Source: Candidatus Omnitrophica bacterium UBA6253 (lineage in GTDB: Bacteria > Omnitrophota > Gorgyraeia > Gygaellales > Profunditerraquicolaceae). Taken from it: DNA of 64,000 nt. Under the pieces are notes generated by a model. That model had not been told where the DNA came from, ran no database searches, and was given only the letters and a program-made list of their open reading frames with translations. The first letter of the stretch is position 1. Each line of letters opens with the position of its first letter. Positions 7,430-16,619 of this stretch are shown here, in pieces. Both the position numbers and the translations under genes were made by a program. The DNA lies in the NCBI GenBank assembly GCA_002441245.1, contig DJVP01000012.1, positions 192,719 to 256,718 of the forward strand. The letters are read 5' to 3'.

Positions 7430-10327
7430 TTACCACCTTAAAGGTTCCTGCCAGCTTTCTTTTAATCTACGGGAATCCGCTTCTACGCAAACCTTGCCAT
7501 CTAAGCCATATATTTTAAATTCATTGCTGCTCGCCAAGCAGCCTATCAGGCCAAAATCTATGCCCCTTAATAGTCTCTCAAATTCTTCCTTATTCTTTTT
7601 ATTCACCTCCACCACAAAGCGGGAGTTAGACTCTGAAAATAGAAGAAAATCATTGCGCCGGGCTGATGATTCATAAGGGACCTCTGATAAAAATATATCC
7701 GCGCCCAGGCCGCCGCTAAAAACCATCTCTGCCAAAGCCACTCCCAGGCCGCCGTCAGAACAATCATGCATCGCCCTAACTAAACCTTTTTCTGATGCTT
7801 TGTTTAAAGCGAAGAATATTTTTTTTGACTCCTGGTAATTAAGCTTAGGAACTTGATTACCTATTGCTCCGTATAAATCATAATAATGCGAACCGCCCAA
7901 TTCATCATAAGTCTTGCCCACAACGTAAATTAAGTTGCCTGCTTCTTTTGCGTACATGGATACGCATTTATTCACATCATCCATTACGCTAATTGCTGAA
8001 ATAAGCAATGTCCCGGGGATAGAAGTTGACCTGCCGTGCACGCTGAATTCATTATAAAGGCTGTCTTTGCCGGAGATAAACGGCACGCCGTATTCTTTAG
8101 CGGCATCATAGCAGCCATAAGCAGCGCGCACCAGGCTGCCTAAACGATCAGGCTTATCCGGATTGCCCCAGCAGAAATTATCCAGTATCGCCACTTCTTT
8201 TAGCGACCCCCCCACAGCAATAATCTGACGCAGCGCCTCATCAATACAGGAAGCTGCCATCCAGTAAGGGTCGATAAAACCAAAACGGAAGTTTATGCCG
8301 TTAGATATAATAATTCCTTTGGAAGAATCAAATAAAGGCTTAGTAACACTGGCGTCAGACGGCCCGTCATTTACAATGCCGGCCAAGGGCTTGATAATTG
8401 AACCACCCTGTACTTCATGGTCATACTGCCGGACTACCCACTCCTTGGAACAAATATCATAATGCGCAAGCAACTTTAATAAATCTGCGGTGAGATTTTT
8501 CTTCTGGGGGATTCTTGGTTCTTTGTGCTTAGCCTGCGCATATATGGCTTTCTTAGTAGTCTCCGGTATGCCGTCATGCAAAAAATGCATATCTAAATCA
8601 CAAACTTTGGTTTCTTCATAATAAAGTTCTAATCTTTTTGTATCGGTAAATTCACCGATTACAGTAGCCTCAACGTTTTCGTTGGCAAAAATTTCAATCA
8701 ATTTATTAATATTTTCCGGAGGAACCGATAGCACCATCCTCTCCTGCGACTCGGAGATCCATATTTCCATATAAGACAGGCCGGAGTATTTTAAAGGCAC
8801 CTGATCCAAATAAACCTTAGCCCCTAATTCCGCCCCCATCTCCCCCACTGCGCTGGATAAGCCCCCTGCTCCGCAATCTGTAATCGCGCTATAGAGATTG
8901 GCATCGCGAGCCTGTAAGATTGTATCCAAAACCTTCTTCTCCTGGATAGGATTGCCTATTTGCACCGCTCCGCTAGAGATAGCTTCAGATTCGTGAGTCA
9001 GCTCACCGGAAGAGAATGTCGCTCCATGAATACCGTCGCGTCCGGTAGCACCGCCAAGTACAACCACCAGGTCTCCAGCATTAGTTTTCTTAAAAGATTT
9101 ACCTTTGGGCATAATCCCCACTGTGCCGCAATACACCAACGGATTGCCCGCGAAATGTTCATGGAATAAAATCGCCCCGTTAACCGTAGGGATTCCCATT
9201 TTATTCCCGTAATCGCGCACGCCGCTGACTACGCCTTTCATCACCCGTTTCGGATGCAAAGAACCGGCAGGCACTTTATTAAACGCCATATCCGGAGGCG
9301 CAAAACAAAATATATCGCTGTTTAAAATCGGCTTTGCCCCCATGCCTGTGCCCATCGGATCACGGATTACCCCGCCGATACCAGTATTTGCTCCGCCAAA
9401 CGGCTCCAAAGCTGAAGGATGATTATGTGTTTCAACCTTAAAACAGATATTATTCTTTTCATCAAACCTAATTACCCCCGCATTATCCTTAAACACAGAA
9501 ACACACCAGCTTTTATTCAACTCGTTAGTCACCTTCATAATTGTAGACTTAAGCAGGCCCTTAATAGATTTGTTGCCTAAAACAGGATCAGCTTTAGCTT
9601 CTTTATACGCGATGTTACCACGGAATGTTTTATGGTAACAATGTTCAGACCAAGTCTGGGCAATTGTCTCCAATTCACAATCAACCGGATTGCGTTTGTG
9701 TTTACGGAAATAATTCTGTATCTGGCGCATCTCGTCTAAATTCAGGAAGAGCTGGCCCTTTTTGCTGATCTCCAAAAGTCCCGCGTCTGTCGCGTTGAGT
9801 AAATCAACTGTAACCAGGTTAAAACTATAACCGGGCTGATGTTTAATATCCCCCTCTGGAGTCGCCGGGTTAACTATATGCTGTATAAGCTTGTTATAGA
9901 GAAGTTTTCCCGAGATGGTTTTTAATTGCTGTCCGGAGAGCTTGCCGAAAAGGATATATTTCTTAGCGGTCTTGACTGATTCAGCGCCTAAGACACCCAG
10001 GTCCTGAATACCTTTTAAGACCGATGTCTCAACAGGGTCCATAACTCCCGGGTTATAAGCGACTTCTACTATGTGTTGATTAGTTTTAAGTAAGGTCCCG
10101 GAGCAAGCGGATATAATCTTATACTCCTGGGCTATTTTATCCGTTAAAAGCTCATCGCAAATTTTAACAACCTGGTTTTCGGTAAGGTTTCCCTCGAGAG
10201 TATAGACCTGGATAAACTTAACTTCTTTGACGCTATTTATCCCCAGGTCAAGAATATCCTTCCTTACACCCTGGCCAATAGCGTCAAAAATACCGGGTTT
10301 ATCCACTATTTCTATTTTATACTGCAT
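7430..10327 (-). CDS. purL: FGAM synthase with two N-terminal PurS-like domains fused to small-type PurL (965 aa)
   Basis: Residues 1-75 and roughly 85-160 each resemble PurS (KPGxxDxxGxxxxxxLxxLG...). They are followed by the PurL start region (ELETIAQTWSEHCYHKTF) and two AIRS-like repeats. No glutaminase domain is present; purQ is separate. Confidence 0.88.
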   Translation of the reverse strand: MQYKIEIVDKPGIFDAIGQGVRKDILDLGINSVKEVKFIQVYTLEGNLTENQVVKICDELLTDKIAQEYKIISACSGTLLKTNQHIVEVAYNPGVMDPVETSVLKGIQDLGVLGAESVKTAKKYILFGKLSGQQLKTISGKLLYNKLIQHIVNPATPEGDIKHQPGYSFNLVTVDLLNATDAGLLEISKKGQLFLNLDEMRQIQNYFRKHKRNPVDCELETIAQTWSEHCYHKTFRGNIAYKEAKADPVLGNKSIKGLLKSTIMKVTNELNKSWCVSVFKDNAGVIRFDEKNNICFKVETHNHPSALEPFGGANTGIGGVIRDPMGTGMGAKPILNSDIFCFAPPDMAFNKVPAGSLHPKRVMKGVVSGVRDYGNKMGIPTVNGAILFHEHFAGNPLVYCGTVGIMPKGKSFKKTNAGDLVVVLGGATGRDGIHGATFSSGELTHESEAISSGAVQIGNPIQEKKVLDTILQARDANLYSAITDCGAGGLSSAVGEMGAELGAKVYLDQVPLKYSGLSYMEIWISESQERMVLSVPPENINKLIEIFANENVEATVIGEFTDTKRLELYYEETKVCDLDMHFLHDGIPETTKKAIYAQAKHKEPRIPQKKNLTADLLKLLAHYDICSKEWVVRQYDHEVQGGSIIKPLAGIVNDGPSDASVTKPLFDSSKGIIISNGINFRFGFIDPYWMAASCIDEALRQIIAVGGSLKEVAILDNFCWGNPDKPDRLGSLVRAAYGCYDAAKEYGVPFISGKDSLYNEFSVHGRSTSIPGTLLISAISVMDDVNKCVSMYAKEAGNLIYVVGKTYDELGGSHYYDLYGAIGNQVPKLNYQESKKIFFALNKASEKGLVRAMHDCSDGGLGVALAEMVFSGGLGADIFLSEVPYESSARRNDFLLFSESNSRFVVEVNKKNKEEFERLLRGIDFGLIGCLASSNEFKIYGLDGKVCVEADSRRLKESWQEPLRW

Positions 10328-10364
10328 ATCTATTAAAGAGGTTTTAAAAGGCAGGATTAAAAAA

Positions 10365-11657
10365 CTATAAACCGACCTTCTTAAAAATCTTATTTACGTT
10401 GCGCAGATAAAAATCCAGATCAAATATTTTATCCAACTCTTTAGCGCTTAAATACCGGGCCGCGCCGGGAACAGCTAAAAGATTATCTTTAAAGTTGCCT
10501 GTGCCCTTCCAGGTTTGCATGGCTGCCTTCTGCACCAGATCATACGCCTGGGTGCGGCCTAAGCCTTTATTCATCAGGGCGATTAAAACCCGCTGCGAAA
10601 AAATTAATCCGCGCGTCTTGGCCAAATTAGTCAGCATATTATCCGGATAAACCTTTAAACCGCTGACTACCTCAATAAATTTATTGAGCATATAATCCAA
10701 GGCTAAGGTAGAGTCCGGAAAGATTATCCTTTCAACCGAAGAATGGCTGATATCCCGTTCATGCCAGAGAGTTACATTCTCAAAACCTACTTGGGCATTC
10801 GCGCGCAAGAGCCGCGCTAAACCACAGATACGCTCGCAGATTACCGGATTACGTTTATGCGGCATAGCGCTCGAACCCTTCTGGCCTTTACCAAAAGGCT
10901 CTTCCGCCTCTAAAACTTCCGTCTTCTGCAGATGCCTGATTTCAGTGGCGAATTTTTCTAAAGATGCTCCGATTACCGCCAGAGTAGCTATATATTGTGC
11001 GTACACATCCCTTTGTATTACCTGGGTGGCGATGTTTACCGGCTTTAAGCCTAGTTTCTTACAAACATAACTCTCAACATTCGGCTCAATATTTGAATAA
11101 GTGCCCACAGCCCCGGAAAGCTTTCCTACACAAACTTCATTTTGAGCCTGTTTTAAGCGGGCCAGATTCCTGTGTATTTCATCAAACCAAAGCGCAATTT
11201 TTAAACCAAATGTAGTCGGCTCAGCATGAACTCCATGCGTGCGGCCGATACAGGCCATATCTTTATAGGCCTTAGCCTTATTAGCCAGAATTTTTAAGAG
11301 TTTTTCTAAATCAGCGATCAATATATCCGAAGCTGATCTTAATTGCACCCCTAGCGTAGTATCTAAAATATCAGAAGAAGTCAGGCCCATATGCAGATAT
11401 TGGGCATCTTTTCCTATATATTGGGCCACATTAGAGACAAAGGCAACAACATCATGTTGTGTCTTCTCTTCAATTTTATTGATCTGCTGGATACTGAAGC
11501 GGGCTTTTTGTTTGATGCGTTTTACTGCTTGTGACGGGACGATTCCTTCTTTAGCGTAGGCCTCTAAAGCGAGTATCTCTATGGCCAGCATGGTCTTGAA
11601 CTTAAACTCCTCCTGCCAGATACTCTTCATTTGCGGTAGGCTGTAACGTTCAATCAT
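10365..11657 (-). CDS. purB: Adenylosuccinate lyase
   Basis: MIERYSLPQM start, fumarate-lyase signature GSSAMPHKRNP. Start taken at internal Met 11657, which has a GGAGGAAGCC RBS; the track start 11771 adds an implausible leader. Confidence 0.9.
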   Translation of the reverse strand: MIERYSLPQMKSIWQEEFKFKTMLAIEILALEAYAKEGIVPSQAVKRIKQKARFSIQQINKIEEKTQHDVVAFVSNVAQYIGKDAQYLHMGLTSSDILDTTLGVQLRSASDILIADLEKLLKILANKAKAYKDMACIGRTHGVHAEPTTFGLKIALWFDEIHRNLARLKQAQNEVCVGKLSGAVGTYSNIEPNVESYVCKKLGLKPVNIATQVIQRDVYAQYIATLAVIGASLEKFATEIRHLQKTEVLEAEEPFGKGQKGSSAMPHKRNPVICERICGLARLLRANAQVGFENVTLWHERDISHSSVERIIFPDSTLALDYMLNKFIEVVSGLKVYPDNMLTNLAKTRGLIFSQRVLIALMNKGLGRTQAYDLVQKAAMQTWKGTGNFKDNLLAVPGAARYLSAKELDKIFDLDFYLRNVNKIFKKVGL

Positions 11658-11687
11658 CGTGAGGCTTCCTCCTGTATTTGAGAGTAT

Positions 11688-11715
11688 AATTATATCAAAA
11701 AACCGCCATTTGTAA
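11688..11715 (-). promoter_or_regulatory. Putative sigma-70 promoter of the pur operon
   Basis: Minus strand reads TTTACA, a 16-nt spacer, then TATAAT, about 30 nt upstream of the purB RBS. Confidence 0.5.
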
Positions 11716-11876
11716 ACAAAAAACAAGCACCTTAAAGCTTTTCCTATGAGCGACAAGAAGAGCAAAGACAAGGGCCTAATCTATGCTCAGTAAAAACATA
11801 GGGTAAAACCACCTAGACTCTGTTTTACAGAAAGTTTACACTTGGTAGGTGAATTGGAAAGCGTTTACTAAAGTTA

Positions 11877-12440
11877 CTAATCTAAACATCGAGCCCAACA
11901 ATCATAAGTATCATTGGAATGACAGCGAAGTTGAATTTGCCAATCTCCACCTGAAGTTCCCACTACATGACAACCGTCATAGTTATCTTTATCATCTTCC
12001 GTCGTTTTAACTCCGGTCATAAAACATGCTGCATGCACTCCTATAGAACAATCTACATTTCCGGTTCCACCGGGCTTATGACAAGAATATTCATCGCTAA
12101 CCGCTGCTGTTTGACTCGCCCACATACCCTTGCTTCTTAAATACACATCATTCACATCTAAGTTACCAGGCTGACCATTAGGTGCGGGTAAATGCAAACT
12201 CATCGTCCCAATGCCAAGGTTACCTTTAATCCAAGCATTTCCGGTAGCAGTAGGCACGTCAGCAGAAGTAAACAACCCATCGCCATTATTATCACCTACT
12301 CCAAATTTATCTGCCTGTAAAGAACTATAGCTTCCATACGGAGATGGATAATAAGTAGTGATTGTGATAGACTCTTCAGCGGCAAAACATAGGCTAATTA
12401 CCCCAAAGATAAAAATAACTATTAATTTTATCTTTTTCAT
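11877..12440 (-). CDS. Secreted Gly-rich/Cys-rich protein of unknown function
   Basis: Signal peptide MKKIKLIVIFIFGVISLCFA, a Gly/Thr-rich middle region, and a C-terminal domain with 8 Cys. No family recognised. Confidence 0.5.
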   Translation of the reverse strand: MKKIKLIVIFIFGVISLCFAAEESITITTYYPSPYGSYSSLQADKFGVGDNNGDGLFTSADVPTATGNAWIKGNLGIGTMSLHLPAPNGQPGNLDVNDVYLRSKGMWASQTAAVSDEYSCHKPGGTGNVDCSIGVHAACFMTGVKTTEDDKDNYDGCHVVGTSGGDWQIQLRCHSNDTYDCWARCLD

Positions 12441-12473
12441 AGTTTAAATCCCCCCTGTCTCGGCAAAATCTTT

Positions 12474-12492
12474 ATATTCCATTTTGGAATAT
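12474..12492. promoter_or_regulatory. Perfect palindrome ATATTCCAtttTGGAATAT in the divergent intergenic region, putative operator
   Basis: 8-bp inverted arms with a 3-nt spacer, lying between divergently transcribed genes at 12440 (minus) and 12536 (plus). Overlaps a candidate promoter for the minus-strand gene (TTGACA, 17 nt, TACACT). Confidence 0.4.
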
Positions 12493-12535
12493 TAATAAAA
12501 AAAGTGTAACATAGAAAATTAAAGGTGTCAAGTAA

Positions 12536-12757
12536 ATGGATAAAACTATATTTACAAAAGCTCACAAAGAGTTAGTTGTCCGCTTAGTCGGGGCGCGAAA
12601 GGCAGCCAAGCTTAAACAGGTTGATGTTGCTAAGAAATTGGGCAGGACTCAATCTTACATCTCGAAAATCGAGGCTGGACAACGTCGCATAGATACTGTC
12701 CAGCTAAATGAGCTTGCGGCAATCTATAAGAAAAACCTCCGCTATTTTATCAAATAA
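12536..12757 (+). CDS. XRE-family (Cro/C1-type) HTH transcriptional regulator
   Basis: 73 aa. QVDVAKKLGRTQSYISKIEAG is a classic helix-turn-helix motif. Confidence 0.75.
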   Translation: MDKTIFTKAHKELVVRLVGARKAAKLKQVDVAKKLGRTQSYISKIEAGQRRIDTVQLNELAAIYKKNLRYFIK

Positions 12758-13436
12758 TACCCTCATCAGAAAAACTAAAATAATTGCCATCGCCTATAAT
12801 TACATGGTCGAGGCATTTTACAAATAAAGCTTCTCCTGCCGTAACTAATTGGCGGGTAAACTGTTTGTCCTCCCGGCTTGGCCGGGGGTTCCCTGATGGA
12901 TGGTTGTGGACGCAGATTATAAAAGATGCAAACTCCTGCAGGGCTTTCTGATAAATTTCCCTTATTATAGGCCTTGCCTGGTTTACAGAACCCTCCTCTA
13001 TCTCTATTATATCTATAATTCTATTTTGGGAGTTTAAGAGCAACACCTTAAATACCTCTATTCTTAAATCCTGCATTCTCGGCATAAGGATATTAATAAT
13101 ATCCCCTGAAGATTTTATTTTTAATCGTTTTTCCCTTATTGTCTCTTCGCTAAACCTCCTGGCTATCTCGATAGCTGCTTTTATCTGGCTGATCTTGGCG
13201 TTTCCCAAACCTTTTATTTGTTTCCAATGGGCTAAATCCTGTTTTCCTATACTGCGGAAGCAATTAAATTTCTGTAAAATTCTTCTAGCCAGGTCCAGCG
13301 CGCTTTCTCCTTTTGTCCCCGTCCTTAAAATAATTGCCAGTAATTCGGAGTTATTTAAAGTATGCTCCCCGTTTTTTAACAGTTTTTCCCTAGGCCTGTC
13401 CTCATTCGGCCAGTTATTTATAGGCATGCGGCGCAC
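12750..13436 (-). CDS. radC: RadC-like JAMM family protein (UPF0758)
   Basis: HNHPSG JAMM motif with HhH-containing N-terminus (ILRTG). Start may be the Met at 13427. Confidence 0.8.
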   Translation of the reverse strand: MRRMPINNWPNEDRPREKLLKNGEHTLNNSELLAIILRTGTKGESALDLARRILQKFNCFRSIGKQDLAHWKQIKGLGNAKISQIKAAIEIARRFSEETIREKRLKIKSSGDIINILMPRMQDLRIEVFKVLLLNSQNRIIDIIEIEEGSVNQARPIIREIYQKALQEFASFIICVHNHPSGNPRPSREDKQFTRQLVTAGEALFVKCLDHVIIGDGNYFSFSDEGII

Positions 13437-13552
13437 CTCCTCTGCAATTGACGCAAAAGTAAAATAAATCTAACAAATATTCTTAAGGCAAAACTGTGTT
13501 GCAATCTGTCTATTTTGTTTTATAATTAATGAATATAACGAAAGGATTAAAA

Positions 13553-14938
13553 ATGTTACGAATTTTACGCAATAAGAAAACCGCCAAGAAGGTATGGATT
13601 GTGCTGGCTATAATCATCATCCCTGCTTTTACCCTTTGGGGATTTGGCAGTTCAAGCCGAAGCAAGGAAGAAAATATACCAGCTGGAAAGATATTCGGCA
13701 AAAACATCTCTAGCCTTGAATTTAAGAAAGCGGCAGCAGCCGCGAAAACCGCTGCTATTTTGCAGTTCGGAGACAACTTTTCTAAGGTTGAGAAATACCT
13801 AAACCTGGAATCACAGGCCTGGGAAAGATTAATACTTCTGGATGAAGCGAAAAAACGCAAGTTGAATATAAGTGACCAGGAGGTCATTAATACCATTCAA
13901 AAAGCCCCTTATTTTCAAAAAAACTCCGTCTTTAATGACAAAACCTACATAGAGATCCTGCGTTATGTCTTCCGGCTGCAGCCGCGTACCTTCGAAGAAC
14001 AAATGCGGCAGAACCTGACCCTGGGTAAACTTTATAACCAAATCACCGATGGCATAAAAATCGAAGATATTAATGTGCGTCGGGAATGGCTAAAAACAAA
14101 TGAAGAATTAAGCATTTATTACGTTGCCGCTTTATTTGCCGAATTTGCCAAGAAAATTAAACCGACTGATAAAGAAATCTCCGCCTATTATGACAAAAAC
14201 AAGGATATCTTTAAAGAACCTCAACTCATTAACCTGGAATATATTGTTACCGAGTCAGATGCAGAATCAAAGAAAATACCGGATTTAATAAATAAAAACT
14301 ACAGCTTGGATAAGATATGCAAAGAGCTTAATCTGGCTAAAAAGGAGACCGGTTTATTCAAACAATCCGCCCCTCCTGCTGCTTTAAATATTCCACAAGA
14401 AACTTTAAACTTAATTTTGGGCCTTAAAGAAGGCATGCCTGCTCAAATGGTAAAAAAGGATAAAACATTCTACGTATATGCCCTTAAGGAAAAGAAACCC
14501 GGCCGCATCCCGGAGTTGCCGGAAGTAAAAGATAAGATTAAAGAAACCATAATAAAGGAAGAATCGAGAAAAATGGCGCAGAGCAAAATAAAGGAATGCG
14601 CCGATAAATTAAAAAACAAACCGTTTAACCGGATAGCCAGTGCACGCAATCTTAAATCCGGACAAACTAAGTTTTTTAAATCTACTGATCAAATTGACAA
14701 CCTTGGGCCTGGAAAAATATTCTGGGAGGCGGCGAAGAAATTAAAAGAAAATCAGACAAGTGGCATACTCTCCGACCCTAGTGGCTACTATATTATAAAA
14801 CTCAAAGCCATTAAGCCTGTTGACGAAGACAAATTCGCCAAAGACAAAGACGCGCTTAAGGAAAATATGCTTAACCAGGAAAAAAATAAGGTCTTTGCTA
14901 AATTTGCTGAAGAAACCAAGAAAAAGGCCGGCAGGTAG
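13553..14938 (+). CDS. Periplasmic chaperone/peptidyl-prolyl isomerase, PpiD/SurA-like, membrane anchored
   Basis: MLRILRNKKTAKKVWIVLAIIIIPAFTLWG is a PpiD-like N-terminal TM anchor, followed by a SurA N-domain-like region. Start at the second Met. Confidence 0.65.
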   Translation: MLRILRNKKTAKKVWIVLAIIIIPAFTLWGFGSSSRSKEENIPAGKIFGKNISSLEFKKAAAAAKTAAILQFGDNFSKVEKYLNLESQAWERLILLDEAKKRKLNISDQEVINTIQKAPYFQKNSVFNDKTYIEILRYVFRLQPRTFEEQMRQNLTLGKLYNQITDGIKIEDINVRREWLKTNEELSIYYVAALFAEFAKKIKPTDKEISAYYDKNKDIFKEPQLINLEYIVTESDAESKKIPDLINKNYSLDKICKELNLAKKETGLFKQSAPPAALNIPQETLNLILGLKEGMPAQMVKKDKTFYVYALKEKKPGRIPELPEVKDKIKETIIKEESRKMAQSKIKECADKLKNKPFNRIASARNLKSGQTKFFKSTDQIDNLGPGKIFWEAAKKLKENQTSGILSDPSGYYIIKLKAIKPVDEDKFAKDKDALKENMLNQEKNKVFAKFAEETKKKAGR

Positions 14939-14952
14939 AAATAACCGTAGAT

Positions 14953-14992
14953 AAAAAAACAGGGCTAGTTTTTTAACTAGCCCTGTTTTTTT
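14953..14992. terminator. Bidirectional rho-independent terminator
   Basis: AAAAAAA, then CAGGGCTAGTT, tttt loop, AACTAGCCCTG, then TTTTTTT: an 11-bp perfect stem flanked by A-run and T-run, between convergent genes. Confidence 0.75.
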
Positions 14993-15000
14993 ATTGTTTA

Positions 15001-15186
15001 TCAAGCGCTTATCTTTATTGAATTTACCGGACAGGAATCCGCTACTTCCTGCAGGTTACAAGAAGCAGAAACCTGCGCCTTCACATGGGCAACGCCATCC
15101 CCCTGTACTTCAAAAACTTCCGGGCATGACTGTTCACATAAACCGCAACCTACGCATGTAGAAACATCAACCGTAACTTTTGACAT
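15001..15186 (-). CDS. fdx: Small 4Fe-4S ferredoxin
   Basis: 61 aa with CVGCGLCEQSCP...C...CP, a single-cluster ferredoxin. Confidence 0.8.
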   Translation of the reverse strand: MSKVTVDVSTCVGCGLCEQSCPEVFEVQGDGVAHVKAQVSASCNLQEVADSCPVNSIKISA

Positions 15187-15195
15187 AATTATCTC

Positions 15196-15675
15196 CTATC
15201 TCTCCAAAAGATTTTCAAATATTTCTTCGTGGCTTACCTCTTCACTCAATATATGGCTCACCAACTGGTATGTAACATTATCCTTGCCAAATGTCTTCTT
15301 TGCAATTTTATTATATACCTCGATTGCGCCTGCTTCCGCCTCGGCAACAATACGGATAATCCGGTTAATATCTGCGGTATTTCTCGGAGGCATAAGATAA
15401 GCGGCATTAGCACCCTTTTCCAGATCCATAGGATTAGCTACAGGCACATCACCTAATTTAGTAATTAAATCAGCTATCTCGCCTGCATGCTCTAACTCAT
15501 CTTTAGCTAATTTTTCAAGCATCTCCTTAATATCTTCATAGGCCCTGCCCGAAACCGTCTGAGCCATATACCAATAAAGATAAAATGCCAGCCATTCATC
15601 GCAATAAGCCTTATTTAAATCTTTAACCAGATCCTTTAAGCTTAAATCCACAATTGCCCTTGCTTGTTTTCCCAT
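15196..15675 (-). CDS. Ferritin-like diiron protein (bacterioferritin/rubrerythrin-like superfamily)
   Basis: Paired E...ExxH-type helices: DELEHAGEIADL and SEEVSHEEIFE. Confidence 0.55.
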   Translation of the reverse strand: MGKQARAIVDLSLKDLVKDLNKAYCDEWLAFYLYWYMAQTVSGRAYEDIKEMLEKLAKDELEHAGEIADLITKLGDVPVANPMDLEKGANAAYLMPPRNTADINRIIRIVAEAEAGAIEVYNKIAKKTFGKDNVTYQLVSHILSEEVSHEEIFENLLER

Positions 15676-15686
15676 AGTAACCCTCC

Positions 15687-15702
15687 TTGTCTACCAAGAC
15701 AA
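15687..15702. promoter_or_regulatory. Palindrome TTGTCTaccaAGACAA next to the RBS of the ferritin-like/ferredoxin gene pair
   Basis: 6-bp perfect inverted repeat with a 4-nt spacer, located 12-28 nt upstream of the start codon. Confidence 0.3.
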
Positions 15703-15734
15703 CACCCGCGCGATTCCAATTAACACGGGGTGTC

Positions 15735-16619
15735 TCACCCTTGCGCCTCTAGCTTCAGATTATATTTCTTTATATTATTATCCGCAACATCCTGGACTTT
15801 TTTGATCTCGCCGGGATTATTGAGGAGATGTTTAAACCTTCCCTGCATCTTTAAATATTCCTCTACCGGCTTAGGCATAATTTGCTTGCGTGCCGTAATT
15901 ACACCAAACTCATATTCAAATAAAGGATAAAGCCCGGTCTCTACCGCCATCCTCGCCACAGGCAACATCTGATTTGACTCATGGCGCCAGCCTAAAGGAC
16001 AAGGCACATGCACCTGGATATATTTAGGCCCCTTGATAGAGATGGCTTTTTTTACTTTACGGGTCAAATCCTGGGGAAATCCCGCTGAAGCCGTGGCCAC
16101 ATAAGGAATACCGTGTGCCGCGAAAATCTCCGGGACAGGCTTTTTGGGGCGTAGATTTCCTGAAGAAAGCGCTCCAACAGGGCTGGTAGTAGTATTTGTA
16201 TCAAACGGAGTAAGGCCGCTCCTCTGCACTCCGGTATTCATATAAGCCTCATTATCATAACAAACATACAAAATATCATGGCCGCGCTCAAGCATGCCGC
16301 TTATAGCCTGCAAACCAATGTCTCCGGTTGAGCCATCCCCACCCTGCGCAATAACATTAGTCGTATCCTTTTTGCCCAAATATATCAACGCCGCCTCAAC
16401 ACCTGAAGCAACAGCAGCAGAATTCTCAAACAAAGAGTGGATCCAGGGAACACCCCAGGCGGTTTCCGGGTATTTAGTGGAAAAAACCTCCAGGCAGCCG
16501 GTACTGTTAGCGATAATCGTATTTGCTCCCGCCGCTTCAATAACTAAACGCGCGGCAACTGCCTGGCCGCAGCCTGCACAAGCGGTATGTCCGGATTTAA
16601 ATAAAGGGTTATTCTCCAT
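15735..16619 (-). CDS. porB: Pyruvate/2-oxoacid:ferredoxin oxidoreductase beta (TPP-binding) subunit
   Basis: GCGQ...GDG...TPP-binding pattern typical of PorB. Confidence 0.9.
   Translation of the reverse strand: MENNPLFKSGHTACAGCGQAVAARLVIEAAGANTIIANSTGCLEVFSTKYPETAWGVPWIHSLFENSAAVASGVEAALIYLGKKDTTNVIAQGGDGSTGDIGLQAISGMLERGHDILYVCYDNEAYMNTGVQRSGLTPFDTNTTTSPVGALSSGNLRPKKPVPEIFAAHGIPYVATASAGFPQDLTRKVKKAISIKGPKYIQVHVPCPLGWRHESNQMLPVARMAVETGLYPLFEYEFGVITARKQIMPKPVEEYLKMQGRFKHLLNNPGEIKKVQDVADNNIKKYNLKLEAQG

Noticed and set aside
11658-11771. N-terminal 38-aa extension of purB from the track start
   Set aside because: Hydrophobic junk-like leader. A strong RBS and the conserved MIERYS start are at 11657.
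11780-11876. CACCTA(N28)TAGGTG inverted repeat downstream of the secreted-protein gene
   Set aside because: Short stem with a very large loop, so not a credible terminator on its own.
13510-13896. 128-aa minus-strand ORF opposite the PpiD-like gene
   Set aside because: Antisense to a well-supported CDS, low-complexity hydrophobic translation, no start context.
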